From the NCBI GenBank assembly GCA_964057225.1, contig OZ059896.1, positions 5,270,001 to 5,334,000 on the forward strand: a stretch of 64,000 bases of DNA, in the 5' to 3' direction. Of the stretch, positions 37,201 through 52,200 are shown one piece after another (position 1 is the stretch's first letter; each line of letters starts with the position of its first letter). This DNA comes from Auanema rhodensis. Lineage: Eukaryota; Animalia; Nematoda. The notes below the pieces were generated by a model that saw nothing but the letters and a program-made list of their open reading frames with translations, did not search any database and was not told the origin of the DNA. The position numbers and the translations under genes were made by a program.

Positions 37201-40200
37201 TGAACCTATATCAGTTGATATCTCGGTGCATTTTCAAGCTAGCGCAAATCTGATAACACAGATCGACGCAGCTTAAAAATCCGCATCGAATGCACTATAC
37301 TACATGGAGAAACGCTCAATACAAAAATTAGTTATGATCGTTTGAAAAATGATGCATTAGTGTATGTTGAGTTTCCATGTACACTCAACAATGCTTCCAA
37401 AAACATTTTGACAAAAATTTTCCCGAAAAATTTCAAAATAATTTCACAAAAAGTAGATGTTTTTAGATTCCTTTTTTCAAGACAAAGACGATGGACAATG
37501 TTATTCAACGAAAAAATTAATTCTTCACGGTGAAAATCGAGGATATAAGTGTGAACCTATATCAGTTGATATCTCGGTGCATTTTCAAGCTAGCGCAAAT
37601 CTGATAACACAGATCGACGCAGCTTGAAAATCCGCATCGAATGCACTATACTACATTAAGAAAAGCTTAATACAAAAATTAGTTATGATCGTTTGAAAAA
37701 TGATGCATTAGTGTATGTTGAGTTTCCATGTACACTCAACATTGCTTCCAAAAACATTTTGACAAAAATTTTCCCGAAAAATTTCAAAATAATTTCACAA
37801 AAAGTAGATGTTTTTAGATTCCTTTTTTCAAGACAAAGACGATGGACATTGTTATTCAACAAAAAAATTAATTCTTCACGGTGAAAATCGAGGATATAAG
37901 TGTGAACCTATATCAGTTGATATCTCGGTGCATTTTCAAGCTAGCGCAAATCTGATAACACAGATCGACGCAGCTTAAAAATCCACATCGAATGCACTAT
38001 ACTACATTGGGAAACACTCAATACAAAAATTAGTTATGATCGTTTGAAAAATGATGCATTAGTGTATGTTGAGTTTCCATGTACACTCAACATTGCTTCC
38101 AAAAACATTTTGACAAAAATTTTCCCGAAAAATTTCAAAATAATTTCACAAAAAGTAGATGTTTTTAGATTCCTTTTTTCAAGACAAAGACGATGGACAT
38201 TGTTATTCAACAAAAAAATTAATTCTTCAGGGTGAAAACCGAGGATATAAGTGTGAACCTATATCAGTTGATATCTCGGTGCATTTTCAAGCTAGCGCAA
38301 ATCTGATAACACAGATCGACGCAGCTTAAAAATCCGCATCGAATGCACTATACTACATGGAGAAACGCTCAATACAAAAATTAGTTATGATCGTTTGAAA
38401 AATGATGCATTAGTGTATGTTGAGTTTCCATGTACACTCAACAATGCTTCCAAAAACATTTTGACAAAAATTTTCCCGAAAAATTTCAAAATAATTTCAC
38501 AAAAAGTAGATGTTTTTAGATTCCTTTTTTCAAGACAAAGACGATGGACAATGTTATTCAACGAAAAAATTAATTCTTCACGGTGAAAATCGAGGATATA
38601 AGTGTGAACCTATATCAGTTGATATCTCGGTGCATTTTCAAGCTAGCGCAAATCTGATAACACAGATCGACGCAGCTTAAAAATCCGCATCGAATGCACT
38701 ATACTACATTAAGAAAAGCTTAATACAAAAATTAGTTATGATCGTTTGAAAAATGATGCATTAGTGTATGTTGAGTTTCCATGTACACTCAACATTGCTT
38801 CCAAAAACATTTTGACAAAAATTTTCCCGAAAAATTTCAAAATAATTTCACAAAAAGTAGATGTTTTTAGATTCTTTTTTTCAAGACAAAGACGATGGAC
38901 ATTGTTATTCAACAAAAAAATTAATTCTTCAGGGTGAAAACCGAGGATATAAGTGTGAACCTATATCAGTTGATATCTCGGTGCATTTTCAAGCTAGCGC
39001 AAATCTGATAACACAGATCGACGCAGCTTAAAAATCCGCATCGAATGCACTATACTACATGGAGAAACGCTCAATACAAAAATTAGTTATGATCGTTTGA
39101 AAAATGATGCATTAGTGTATGTTGAGTTTCCATGTACACTCAACAATGCTTCCAAAAACATTTTGACAAAAATTTTCCCGAAAAATTTCAAAATAATTTC
39201 ACAAAAAGTAGATGTTTTTAGATTCCTTTTTTCAAGACAAAGACGATGGACAATGTTATTCAACGAAAAAATTAATTCTTCACGGTGAAAATCGAGGATA
39301 TAAGTGTGAACCTATATCAGTTGATATCTCGGTGCATTTTCAAGCTAGCGCAAATCTGATAACACAGATCGACGCAGCTTAAAAATCCGCATCGAATGCA
39401 CTATACTACATTAAGAAAAGCTTAATACAAAAATTAGTTATGATCGTTTGAAAAATGATGCATTAGTGTATGTTGAGTTTCCATGTACACTCAACATTGC
39501 TTCCAAAAACATTTTGACAAAAATTTTCCCGAAAAATTTCAAAATAATTTCACAAAAAGTAGATGTTTTTAGATTCCTTTTTTCAAGACAAAGACGATGG
39601 ACATTGTTATTCAACAAAAAAATTAATTCTTCAGGGTGAAAACCGAGGATATAAGTGTGAACCTATATCAGTTGATATCTCGGTGCATTTTCAAGCTAGC
39701 GCAAATCTGATAACACAGATCGACGCAGCTTAAAAATCCGCATCGAATGCACTATACTACATGGAGAAACGCTCAATACAAAAATTAGTTATGATCGTTT
39801 GAAAAATGATGCATTAGTGTATGTTGAGTTTCCATGTACACTCAACAATGCTTCCAAAAACATTTTGACAAAAATTTTCCCGAAAAATTTCAAAATAATT
39901 TCACAAAAAGTAGATGTTTTTAGATTCCTTTTTTCAAGACAAAGACGATGGACAATGTTATTCAACGAAAAAATTAATTCTTCACGGTGAAAATCGAGGA
40001 TATAAGTGTGAACCTATATCAGTTGATATCTCGGTGCATTTTCAAGCTAGCGCAAATCTGATAACACAGATCGACGCAGCTTAAAAATCCGCATCGAATG
40101 CACTATACTACATTAAGAAAAGCTTAATACAAAAATTAGTTATGATCGTTTGAAAAATGATGCATTAGTGTATGTTGAGTTTCCATGTACACTCAACATT

Positions 40201-43200
40201 GCTTCCAAAAACATTTTGACAAAAATTTTCCCGAAAAATTTCAAAATAATTTCACAAAAAGTAGATGTTTTTAGATTCCTTTTTTCAAGACAAAGACGAT
40301 GGACATTGTTATTCAACAAAAAAATTAATTCTTCACGGTGAAAATCGAGGATATAAGTGTGAACCTATATCAGTTGATATCTCGGTGCATTTTCAAGCTA
40401 GCGCAAATCTGATAACACAGATCGACGCAGCTTAAAAATCCGCATCGAATGCACTATACTACATTAAGAAAAGCTTAATACAAAAATTAGTTATGATCGT
40501 TTGAAAAATGATGCATTAGTGTATGTTGAGTTTCCATGTACACTCAACATTGCTTCCAAAAACATTTTGACAAAAATTTTCCCGAAAAATTTCAAAATAA
40601 TTTCACAAAAAGTAGATGTTTTTAGATTCCTTTTTTCAAGACAAAGACGATGGACATTGTTATTCAACAAAAAAATTAATTCTTCACGGTGAAAATCGAG
40701 GATATAAGTGTGAACCTATATCAGTTGATATCTCGGTGCATTTTCAAGCTAGCGCAAATCTGATAACACAGATCGACGCAGCTTAAAAATCCGCATCGAA
40801 TGCACTATACTACATTAAGAAAAGCTTAATACAAAAATTAGTTATGATCGTTTGAAAAATGATGCATTAGTGTATGTTGAGTTTCCATGTACACTCAACA
40901 TTGCTTCCAAAAACATTTTGACAAAAATTTTCCCGAAAAATTTCAAAATAATTTCACAAAAAGTAGATGTTTTTAGATTCCTTTTTTCAAGACAAAGACG
41001 ATGGACATTGTTATTCAACAAAAAAATTAATTCTTCACGGTTAAAATCGAGGATATAAGTGTGAACCTATATCAGTTGATATCTCGGTGCATTTTCAAGC
41101 TAGCGCAAATCTGATAACACAGATCGACGCAGCTTAAAAATCCGCATCGAATGCACTATACTACATTAAGAAAAGCTTAATACAAAAATTAGTTATGATC
41201 GTTTGAAAAATGATGCATTAGTGTATGTTGAGTTTCCATGTACACTCAACATTGCTTCCAAAAACATTTTGACAAAAATTTTCCCGAAAAATTTCAAAAT
41301 AATTTCACAAAAAGTAGATGTTTTTAGATTCCTTTTTTCAAGACAAAGACGATGGACATTGTTATTCAACAAAAAAATTAATTCTTCAGGGTGAAAATCG
41401 AGGATATAAGTGTGAACTTATATCAGTTGATATCTCGGTGCATTTTTAAGCTAGCGCAAATCTGATAACACAGATCGACGCAGCTTAAAAATCCGCATCG
41501 AATGCACTATACTACATTAAGAAAAGCTTGATACAAAAATTAGTTATGATCGTTTGAAAAATGATGCATTAGTGTATGTTGAGTTTCCATGTACACTCAA
41601 CATTGCTTCCAAAAACATTTTGACAAAAATTTTCCCGAAAAATTTCAAAATAATTTCACAAAAAGTAGATGTTTTTAGATTTCTTTTTTCAAGACAAAGA
41701 CGATGGACATTGTTATTCAACAAAAAAATTAATTCTTCAGGGTGAAAATCGAGGATATAAGTGTGAACTTATATCAGTTGATATCTCGGTGCATTTTTAA
41801 GCTAGCGCAAATCTGATAACACAGATCGACGCAGCTTAAAAATCCACATCGAATGCACTATACTACATTGGAAAACACTCAATACAAACATTAGTTATGA
41901 TCGTTTGAAAAATGATGCATTAGTGTATGTTGAGTTTCCATGTACACTCAACATTGCTTCCAAAAACATTTTGACAAAAATTTTCCCGAAAAATTTCAAA
42001 ATAATTTCACAAAAAGTAGATGTTTTTAGATTCCTTTTTTCAAGACAAAGACGATGGACATTGTTATTCAACAAAAAAATTAATTCTTCAGGGTGAAAAT
42101 CGAGGATATAAGTGTGAACCTATATCAGTTGATATCTCGGTGCATTTTCAAGCTAGCGCAAATCTGATAACACAGATCGACGCAGCTTAAAAATCCGCAT
42201 CGAATGCACTATACTACATGGAGAAACGCTCAATACAAAAATTAGTTATGATCGTTTGAAAAATGATGCATTAGTGTATGTTGAGTTTCCATGTACACTC
42301 AACAATGCTTCCAAAAACATTTTGACAAAAATTTTCCCGAAAAATTTCAAAATAATTTCACAAAAAGTAGATGTTTTTAGATTCCTTTTTTCAAGACAAA
42401 GACGATGGACAATGTTATTCAACGAAAAAATTAATTCTTCACGGTGAAAATCGAGGATATAAGTGTGAACCTATATCAGTTGATATCTCGGTGCATTTTC
42501 AAGCTAGCGCAAATCTGATAACACAGATCGACGCAGCTTAAAAATCCGCATCGAATGCACTATACTACATGGAGAAACGCTCAATACAAAAATTAGTTAT
42601 GATCGTTTGAAAAATGATGCATTAGTGTATGTTGAGTTTCCATGTACACTCAACAATGCTTCCAAAAACATTTTGACAAAAATTTTCCCGAAAAATTTCA
42701 AAATAATTTCACAAAAAGTAGATGTTTTTAGATTCCTTTTTTTAAGACAAAGACGATGGACATTGTTATTCAACAAAAAAATTAATTCTTCACGGTGAAA
42801 ATCGAGGATATAAGTGTGAACCTATATCAGTTGATATCTCGGTGCATTTTCAAGCTAGCGCAAATCTGATAACACAGATCGACGCAGCTTAAAAATCCGC
42901 ATCGAATGCACTATACTACATTAAGAAAAGCTTAATACAAAAATTAGTTATGATCGTTTGAAAAATGATGCATTAGTGTATGTTGAGTTTCCATGTACAC
43001 TCAACATTGCTTCCAAAAACATTTTGACAAAAATTTTCCCGAAAAATTTCAAAATAATTTCACAAAAAGTAGATGTTTTTAGATTCCTTTTTTCAAGACA
43101 AAGACGATGGACATTGTTATTCAACAAAAAAATTAATTCTTCAGGGTGAAAATCGAGGATATAAGTGTGAACTTATATCAGTTGATATCTCGGTGCATTT

Positions 43201-46200
43201 TTAAGCTAGCGCAAATCTGATAACACAGATCGACGCAGCTTAAAAATCCGCATCGAATGCACTATACTACATTAAGAAAAGCTTGATACAAAAATTAGTT
43301 ATGATCGTTTGAAAAATGATGCATTAGTGTATGTTGAGTTTCCATGTACACTCAACATTGCTTCCAAAAACATTTTGACAAAAATTTTCCCGAAAAATTT
43401 CAAAATAATTTCACAAAAAGTAGATGTTTTTAGATTCCTTTTTTCAAGACAAAGACGATGGACATTGTTATTCAACAAAAAAATTAATTCTTCAGGGTGA
43501 AAATCGAGGATATAAGTGTGAACTTATATCAGTTGATATCTCGGTGCATTTTTAAGCTAGCGCAAATCTGATAACACAGATCGACGCAGCTTAAAAATCC
43601 ACATCGAATGCACTATACTACATTGGAAAACACTCAATACAAACATTAGTTATGATCGTTTGAAAAATGATGCATTAGTGTATGTTGAGTTTCCATGTAC
43701 ACTCAACATTGCTTCCAAAAACATTTTGACAAAAATTTTCCCGAAAAATTTCAAAATAATTTCACAAAAAGTAGATGTTTTTAGATTTCTTTTTTCAAGA
43801 CAAAGACGATGGACATTGTTATTCAACAAAAAAATTAATTCTTCAGGGTGAAAATCGAGGATATAAGTGTGAACTTATATCAGTTGATATCTCGGTGCAT
43901 TTTTAAGCTAGCGCAAATCTGATAACACAGATCGACGCAGCTTAAAAATCCACATCGAATGCACTATACTACATTGGAAAACACTCAATACAAACATTAG
44001 TTATGATCGTTTGAAAAATGATGCATTAGTGTATGTTGAGTTTCCATGTACACTCAACATTGCTTCCAAAAACATTTTGACAAAAATTTTCCCGAAAAAT
44101 TTCAAAATAATTTCACAAAAAGTAGATGTTTTTAGATTTCTTTTTTCAAGACAAAGACGATGGACATTGTTATTCAACAAAAAAATTAATTCTTCAGGGT
44201 GAAAATCGAGGATATAAGTGTGAACTTATATCAGTTGATATCTCGGTGCATTTTTAAGCTAGCGCAAATCTGATAACACAGATCGACGCAGCTTAAAAAT
44301 CCACATCGAATGCACTATACTACATTGGAAAACACTCAATACAAACATTAGTTATGATCGTTTGAAAAATGATGCATTAGTGTATGTTGAGTTTCCATGT
44401 ACACTCAACATTGCTTCCAAAAACATTTTGACAAAAATTTTCCCGAAAAATTTCAAAATAATTTCACAAAAAGTAGATGTTTTTAGATTCCTTTTTTCAA
44501 GACAAAGACGATGGACATTGTTATTCAACAAAAAAATTAATTCTTCAGGGTGAAAATCGAGGATATAAGTGTGAACTTATATCAGTTGATATCTCGGTGC
44601 ATTTTTAAGCTAGCGCAAATCTGATAACACAGATCGACGCAGCTTAAAAATCCACATCGAATGCACTATACTACATTGGAAAACACTCAATACAAACATT
44701 AGTTATGATCGTTTGAAAAATGATGCATTAGTGTATGTTGAGTTTCCATGTACACTCAACATTGCTTCCAAAAACATTTTGACAAAAATTTTCCCGAAAA
44801 ATTTCAAAATAATTTCACAAAAAGTAGATGTTTTTAGATTTCTTTTTTCAAGACAAAGACGATGGACATTGTTATTCAACAAAAAAATTAATTCTTCAGG
44901 GTGAAAATCGAGGATATAAGTGTGAACTTATATCAGTTGATATCTCGGTGCATTTTTAAGCTAGCGCAAATCTGATAACACAGATCGACGCAGCTTAAAA
45001 ATCCACATCGAATGCACTATACTACATTGGAAAACACTCAATACAAACATTAGTTATGATCGTTTGAAAAATGATGCATTAGTGTATGTTGAGTTTCCAT
45101 GTACACTCAACATTGCTTCCAAAAACATTTTGACAAAAATTTTCCCGAAAAATTTCAAAATAATTTCACAAAAAGTAGATGTTTTTAGATTCCTTTTTTC
45201 AAGACAAAGACGATGGACATTGTTATTCAACAAAAAAATTAATTCTTCAGGGTGAAAATCGAGGATATAAGTGTGAACCTATATCAGTTGATATCTCGGT
45301 GCATTTTCAAGCTAGCGCAAATCTGATAACACAGATCGACGCAGCTTAAAAATCCGCATCGAATGCACTATACTACATGGAGAAACGCTCAATACAAAAA
45401 TTAGTTATGATCGTTTGAAAAATGATGCATTAGTGTATGTTGAGTTTCCATGTACACTCAACAATGCTTCCAAAAACATTTTGACAAAAATTTTCCCGAA
45501 AAATTTCAAAATAATTTCACAAAAAGTAGATGTTTTTAGATTCCTTTTTTCAAGACAAAGACGATGGACAATGTTATTCAACGAAAAAATTAATTCTTCA
45601 CGGTGAAAATCGAGGATATAAGTGTGAACCTATATCAGTTGATATCTCGGTGCATTTTCAAGCTAGCGCAAATCTGATAACACAGATCGACGCAGCTTAA
45701 AAATCCGCATCGAATGCACTATACTACATTAAGAAGAGCTTGATACAAAAATTAGTTATGATCGTTTGAAAAATGATGCATTAGTGTATGTTGAGTTTCC
45801 ATGTACACTCAACATTGCTTCCAAAAACATTTTGACAAAAATTTTCCCGAAAAATTTCAAAATAATTTCACAAAAAGTAGATGTTTTTAGATTTCTTTTT
45901 TCAAGACAAAGACGATGGACATTGTTATTCAACAAAAAAATTAATTCTTCAGGGTGAAAATCGAGGATATAAGTGTGAACTTATATCAGTTGATATCTCG
46001 GTGCATTTTTAAGCTAGCGCAAATCTGATAACACAGATCGACGCAGCTTAAAAATCCACATCGAATGCACTATACTACATTGGAAAACACTCAATACAAA
46101 CATTAGTTATGATCGTTTGAAAAATGATGCATTAGTGTATGTTGAGTTTCCATGTACACTCAACATTGCTTCCAAAAACATTTTGACAAAAATTTTCCCG

Positions 46201-49200
46201 AAAAATTTCAAAATAATTTCACAAAAAGTAGATGTTTTTAGATTCCTTTTTTCAAGACAAAGACGATGGACATTGTTATTCAACAAAAAAATTAATTCTT
46301 CAGGGTGAAAATCGAGGATATAAGTGTGAACCTATATCAGTTGATATCTCGGTGCATTTTCAAGCTAGCGCAAATCTGATAACACAGATCGACGCAGCTT
46401 AAAAATCCGCATCGAATGCACTATACTACATGGAGAAACGCTCAATACAAAAATTAGTTATGATCGTTTGAAAAATGATGCATTAGTGTATGTTGAGTTT
46501 CCATGTACACTCAACAATGCTTCCAAAAACATTTTGACAAAAATTTTCCCGAAAAATTTCAAAATAATTTCACAAAAAGTAGATGTTTTTAGATTCCTTT
46601 TTTCAAGACAAAGACGATGGACAATGTTATTCAACGAAAAAATTAATTCTTCACGGTGAAAATCGAGGATATAAGTGTGAACTTATATCAGTTGATATCT
46701 CGGTGCATTTTTAAGCTAGCGCAAATCTGATAACACAGATCGACGCAGCTTAAAAATCCACATCGAATGCACTATACTACATTGGAAAACACTCAATACA
46801 AACATTAGTTATGATCGTTTGAAAAATGATGCATTAGTGTATGTTGAGTTTCCATGTACACTCAACATTGCTTCCAAAAACATTTTGACAAAAATTTTCC
46901 CGAAAAATTTCAAAATAATTTCACAAAAAGTAGATGTTTTTAGATTCCTTTTTTCAAGACAAAGACGATGGACATTGTTATTCAACAAAAAAATTAATTC
47001 TTCAGGGTGAAAATCGAGGATATAAGTGTGAACCTATATCAGTTGATATCTCGGTGCATTTTCAAGCTAGCGCAAATCTGATAACACAGATCGACGCAGC
47101 TTAAAAATCCGCATCGAATGCACTATACTACATGGAGAAACGCTCAATACAAAAATTAGTTATGATCGTTTGAAAAATGATGCATTAGTGTATGTTGAGT
47201 TTCCATGTACACTCAACAATGCTTCCAAAAACATTTTGACAAAAATTTTCCCGAAAAATTTCAAAATAATTTCACAAAAAGTAGATGTTTTTAGATTCCT
47301 TTTTTCAAGACAAAGACGATGGACAATGTTATTCAACGAAAAAATTAATTCTTCACGGTGAAAATCGAGGATATAAGTGTGAACCTATATCAGTTGATAT
47401 CTCGGTGCATTTTCAAGCTAGCGCAAATCTGATAACACAGATCGACGCAGCTTAAAAATCCGCATCGAATGCACTATACTACATGGAGAAACGCTCAATA
47501 CAAAAATTAGTTATGATCGTTTGAAAAATGATGCATTAGTGTATGTTGAGTTTCCATGTACACTCAACAATGCTTCCAAAAACATTTTGACAAAAATTTT
47601 CCCGAAAAATTTCAAAATAATTTCACAAAAAGTAGATGTTTTTAGATTCCTTTTTTTAAGACAAAGACGATGGACATTGTTATTCAACAAAAAAATTAAT
47701 TCTTCACGGTGAAAATCGAGGATATAAGTTTGAACCTATATCAGTTGATATCTCGGTGCATTTTCAAGCTAGCGCAAATCTGATAACACAGATCGACGCA
47801 GCTTAAAAATCCGCATCGAATGCACTATACTACATTAAGAAAAGCTTGATACAAAAATTAGTTATGATCGTTTGAAAAATGATGCATTAGTGTATGTTGA
47901 GTTTCCATGTACACTCAACATTGCTTCCAAAAACATTTTGACAAAAATTTTCCCGAAAAATTTCAAAATAATTTCACAAAAAGTAGATGTTTTTAGATTT
48001 CTTTTTTCAAGACAAAGACGATGGACATTGTTATTCAACAAAAAAATTAATTCTTCAGGGTGAAAATCGAGGATATAAGTGTGAACTTATATCAGTTGAT
48101 ATCTCGGTGCATTTTTAAGCTAGCGCAAATCTGATAACACAGATCGACGCAGCTTAAAAATCCACATCGAATGCACTATACTACATTGGAAAACACTCAA
48201 TACAAACATTAGTTATGATCGTTTGAAAAATGATGCATTAGTGTATGTTGAGTTTCCATGTACACTCAACATTGCTTCCAAAAACATTTTGACAAAAATT
48301 TTCCCGAAAAATTTCAAAATAATTTCACAAAAAGTAGATGTTTTTAAATTCCTTTTTTCAAGACAAAGACGATGGACATTGTTATTCAACAAAAAAATTA
48401 ATTCTTCAGGGTGAAAATCGAGGATATAAGTGTGAACCTATATCAGTTGATATCTCGGTGCATTTTCAAGCTAGCGCAAATCTGATAACACAGATCGACG
48501 CAGCTTAAAAATCCGCATCGAATGCACTATACTACATGGAGAAACGCTCAATACAAAAATTAGTTATGATCGTTTGAAAAATGATGCATTAGTGTATGTT
48601 GAGTTTCCATGTACACTCAACAATGCTTCCAAAAACATTTTGACAAAAATTTTCCCGAAAAATTTCAAAATAATTTCACAAAAAGTAGATGTTTTTAGAT
48701 TCCTTTTTTCAAGACAAAGACGATGGACAATGTTATTCAACGAAAAAATTAATTCTTCACGGTGAAAATCGAGGATATAAGTGTGAACCTATATCAGTTG
48801 ATATCTCGGTGCATTTTCAAGCTAGCGCAAATCTGATAACACAGATCGACGCAGCTTAAAAATCCGCATCGAATGCACTATACTACATGGAGAAACGCTC
48901 AATACAAAAATTAGTTATGATCGTTTGAAAAATGATGCATTAGTGTATGTTGAGTTTCCATGTACACTCAACAATGCTTCCAAAAACATTTTGACAAAAA
49001 TTTTCCCGAAAAATTTCAAAATAATTTCACAAAAAGTAGATGTTTTTAGATTCCTTTTTTTAAGACAAAGACGATGGACATTGTTATTCAACAAAAAAAT
49101 TAATTCTTCACGGTGAAAATCGAGGATATAAGTGTGAACCTATATCAGTTGATATCTCGGTGCATTTTCAAGCTAGCGCAAATCTGATAACACAGATCGA

Positions 49201-52200
49201 CGCAGCTTAAAAATCCGCATCGAATGCACTATACTACATTAAGAAAAGCTTAATACAAAAATTAGTTATGATCGTTTGAAAAATGATGCATTAGTGTATG
49301 TTGAGTTTCCATGTACACTCAACATTGCTTCCAAAAACATTTTGACAAAAATTTTCCCGAAAAATTTCAAAATAATTTCACAAAAAGTAGATGTTTTTAG
49401 ATTCCTTTTTTCAAGACAAAGACGATGGACATTGTTATTCAACAAAAAAATTAATTCTTCAGGGTGAAAATCGAGGATATAAGTGTGAACCTATATCAGT
49501 TGATATCTCGGTGCATTTTCAAGCTAGCGCAAATCTGATAACACAGATCGACGCAGCTTAAAAATCCGCATCGAATGCACTATACTACATGGAGAAACGC
49601 TCAATACAAAAATTAGTTATGATCGTTTGAAAAATGATGCATTAGTGTATGTTGAGTTTCCATGTACACTCAACAATGCTTCCAAAAACATTTTGACAAA
49701 AATTTTCCCGAAAAATTTCAAAATAATTTCACAAAAAGTAGATGTTTTTAGATTCCTTTTTTCAAGACAAAGACGATGGACAATGTTATTCAACGAAAAA
49801 ATTAATTCTTCACGGTGAAAATCGAGGATATAAGTGTGAACCTATATCAGTTGATATCTCGGTGCATTTTCAAGCTAGCGCAAATCTGATAACACAGATC
49901 GACGCAGCTTAAAAATCCGCATCGAATGCACTATACTACATGGAGAAACGCTCAATACAAAAATTAGTTATGATCGTTTGAAAAATGATGCATTAGTGTA
50001 TGTTGAGTTTCCATGTACACTCAACAATGCTTCCAAAAACATTTTGACAAAAATTTTCCCGAAAAATTTCAAAATAATTTCACAAAAAGTAGATGTTTTT
50101 AGATTTCTTTTTTTAAGACAAAGACGATGGACATTGTTATTCAACAAAAAAATTAATTCTTCACGGTGAAAATCGAGGATATAAGTGTGAACCTATATCA
50201 GTTGATATCTCGGTGCATTTTCAAGCTAGCGCAAATCTGATAACACAGATCGACGCAGCTTAAAAATCCGCATCGAATGCACTATACTACATTAAGAAAA
50301 GCTTGATACAAAAATTAGTTATGATCGTTTGAAAAATGATGCATTAGTGTATGTTGAGTTTCCATGTACACTCAACATTGCTTCCAAAAACATTTTGACA
50401 AAAATTTTCCCGAAAAATTTCAAAATAATTTCACAAAAAGTAGATGTTTTTAGATTTCTTTTTTCAAGACAAAGACGATGGACATTGTTATTCAACAAAA
50501 AAATTAATTCTTCAGGGTGAAAATCGAGGATATAAGTGTGAACTTATATCAGTTGATATCTCGGTGCATTTTTAAGCTAGCGCAAATCTGATAACACAGA
50601 TCGACGCAGCTTAAAAATCCACATCGAATGCACTATACTACATTGGAAAACACTCAATACAAACATTAGTTATGATCGTTTGAAAAATGATGCATTAGTG
50701 TATGTTGAGTTTCCATGTACACTCAACATTGCTTCCAAAAACATTTTGACAAAAATTTTCCCGAAAAATTTCAAAATAATTTCACAAAAAGTAGATGTTT
50801 TTAGATTCCTTTTTTCAAGACAAAGACGATGGACATTGTTATTCAACAAAAAAATTAATTCTTCAGGGTGAAAATCGAGGATATAAGTGTGAACCTATAT
50901 CAGTTGATATCTCGGTGCATTTTCAAGCTAGCGCAAATCTGATAACACAGATCGACGCAGCTTAAAAATCCGCATCGAATGCACTATACTACATGGAGAA
51001 ACGCTCAATACAAAAATTAGTTATGATCGTTTGAAAAATGATGCATTAGTGTATGTTGAGTTTCCATGTACACTCAACAATGCTTCCAAAAACATTTTGA
51101 CAAAAATTTTCCCGAAAAATTTCAAAATAATTTCACAAAAAGTAGATGTTTTTAGATTCCTTTTTTCAAGACAAAGACGATGGACAATGTTATTCAACGA
51201 AAAAATTAATTCTTCACGGTGAAAATCGAGGATATAAGTGTGAACCTATATCAGTTGATATCTCGGTGCATTTTCAAGCTAGCGCAAATCTGATAACACA
51301 GATCGACGCAGCTTAAAAATCCGCATCGAATGCACTATACTACATGGAGAAACGCTCAATACAAAAATTAGTTATGATCGTTTGAAAAATGATGCATTAG
51401 TGTATGTTGAGTTTCCATGTACACTCAACAATGCTTCCAAAAACATTTTGACAAAAATTTTCCCGAAAAATTTCAAAATAATTTCACAAAAAGTAGATGT
51501 TTTTAGATTCCTTTTTTTAAGACAAAGACGATGGACATTGTTATTCAACAAAAAAATTAATTCTTCACGGTGAAAATCGAGGATATAAGTGTGAACCTAT
51601 ATCAGTTGATATCTCGGTGCATTTTCAAGCTAGCGCAAATCTGATAACACAGATCGACGCAGCTTAAAAATCCGCATCGAATGCACTATACTACATTAAG
51701 AAAAGCTTAATACAAAAATTAGTTATGATCGTTTGAAAAATGATGCATTAGTGTATGTTGAGTTTCCATGTACACTCAACATTGCTTCCAAAAACATTTT
51801 GACAAAAATTTTCCCGAAAAATTTCAAAATAATTTCACAAAAAGTAGATGTTTTTAGATTCCTTTTTTCAAGACAAAGACGATGGACATTGTTATTCAAC
51901 AAAAAAATTAATTCTTCAGGGTGAAAATCGAGGATATAAGTGTGAACCTATATCAGTTGATATCTCGGTGCATTTTCAAGCTAGCGCAAATCTGATAACA
52001 CAGATCGACGCAGCTTAAAAATCCGCATCGAATGCACTATACTACATGGAGAAACGCTCAATACAAAAATTAGTTATGATCGTTTGAAAAATGATGCATT
52101 AGTGTATGTTGAGTTTCCATGTACACTCAACAATGCTTCCAAAAACATTTTGACAAAAATTTTCCCGAAAAATTTCAAAATAATTTCACAAAAAGTAGAT

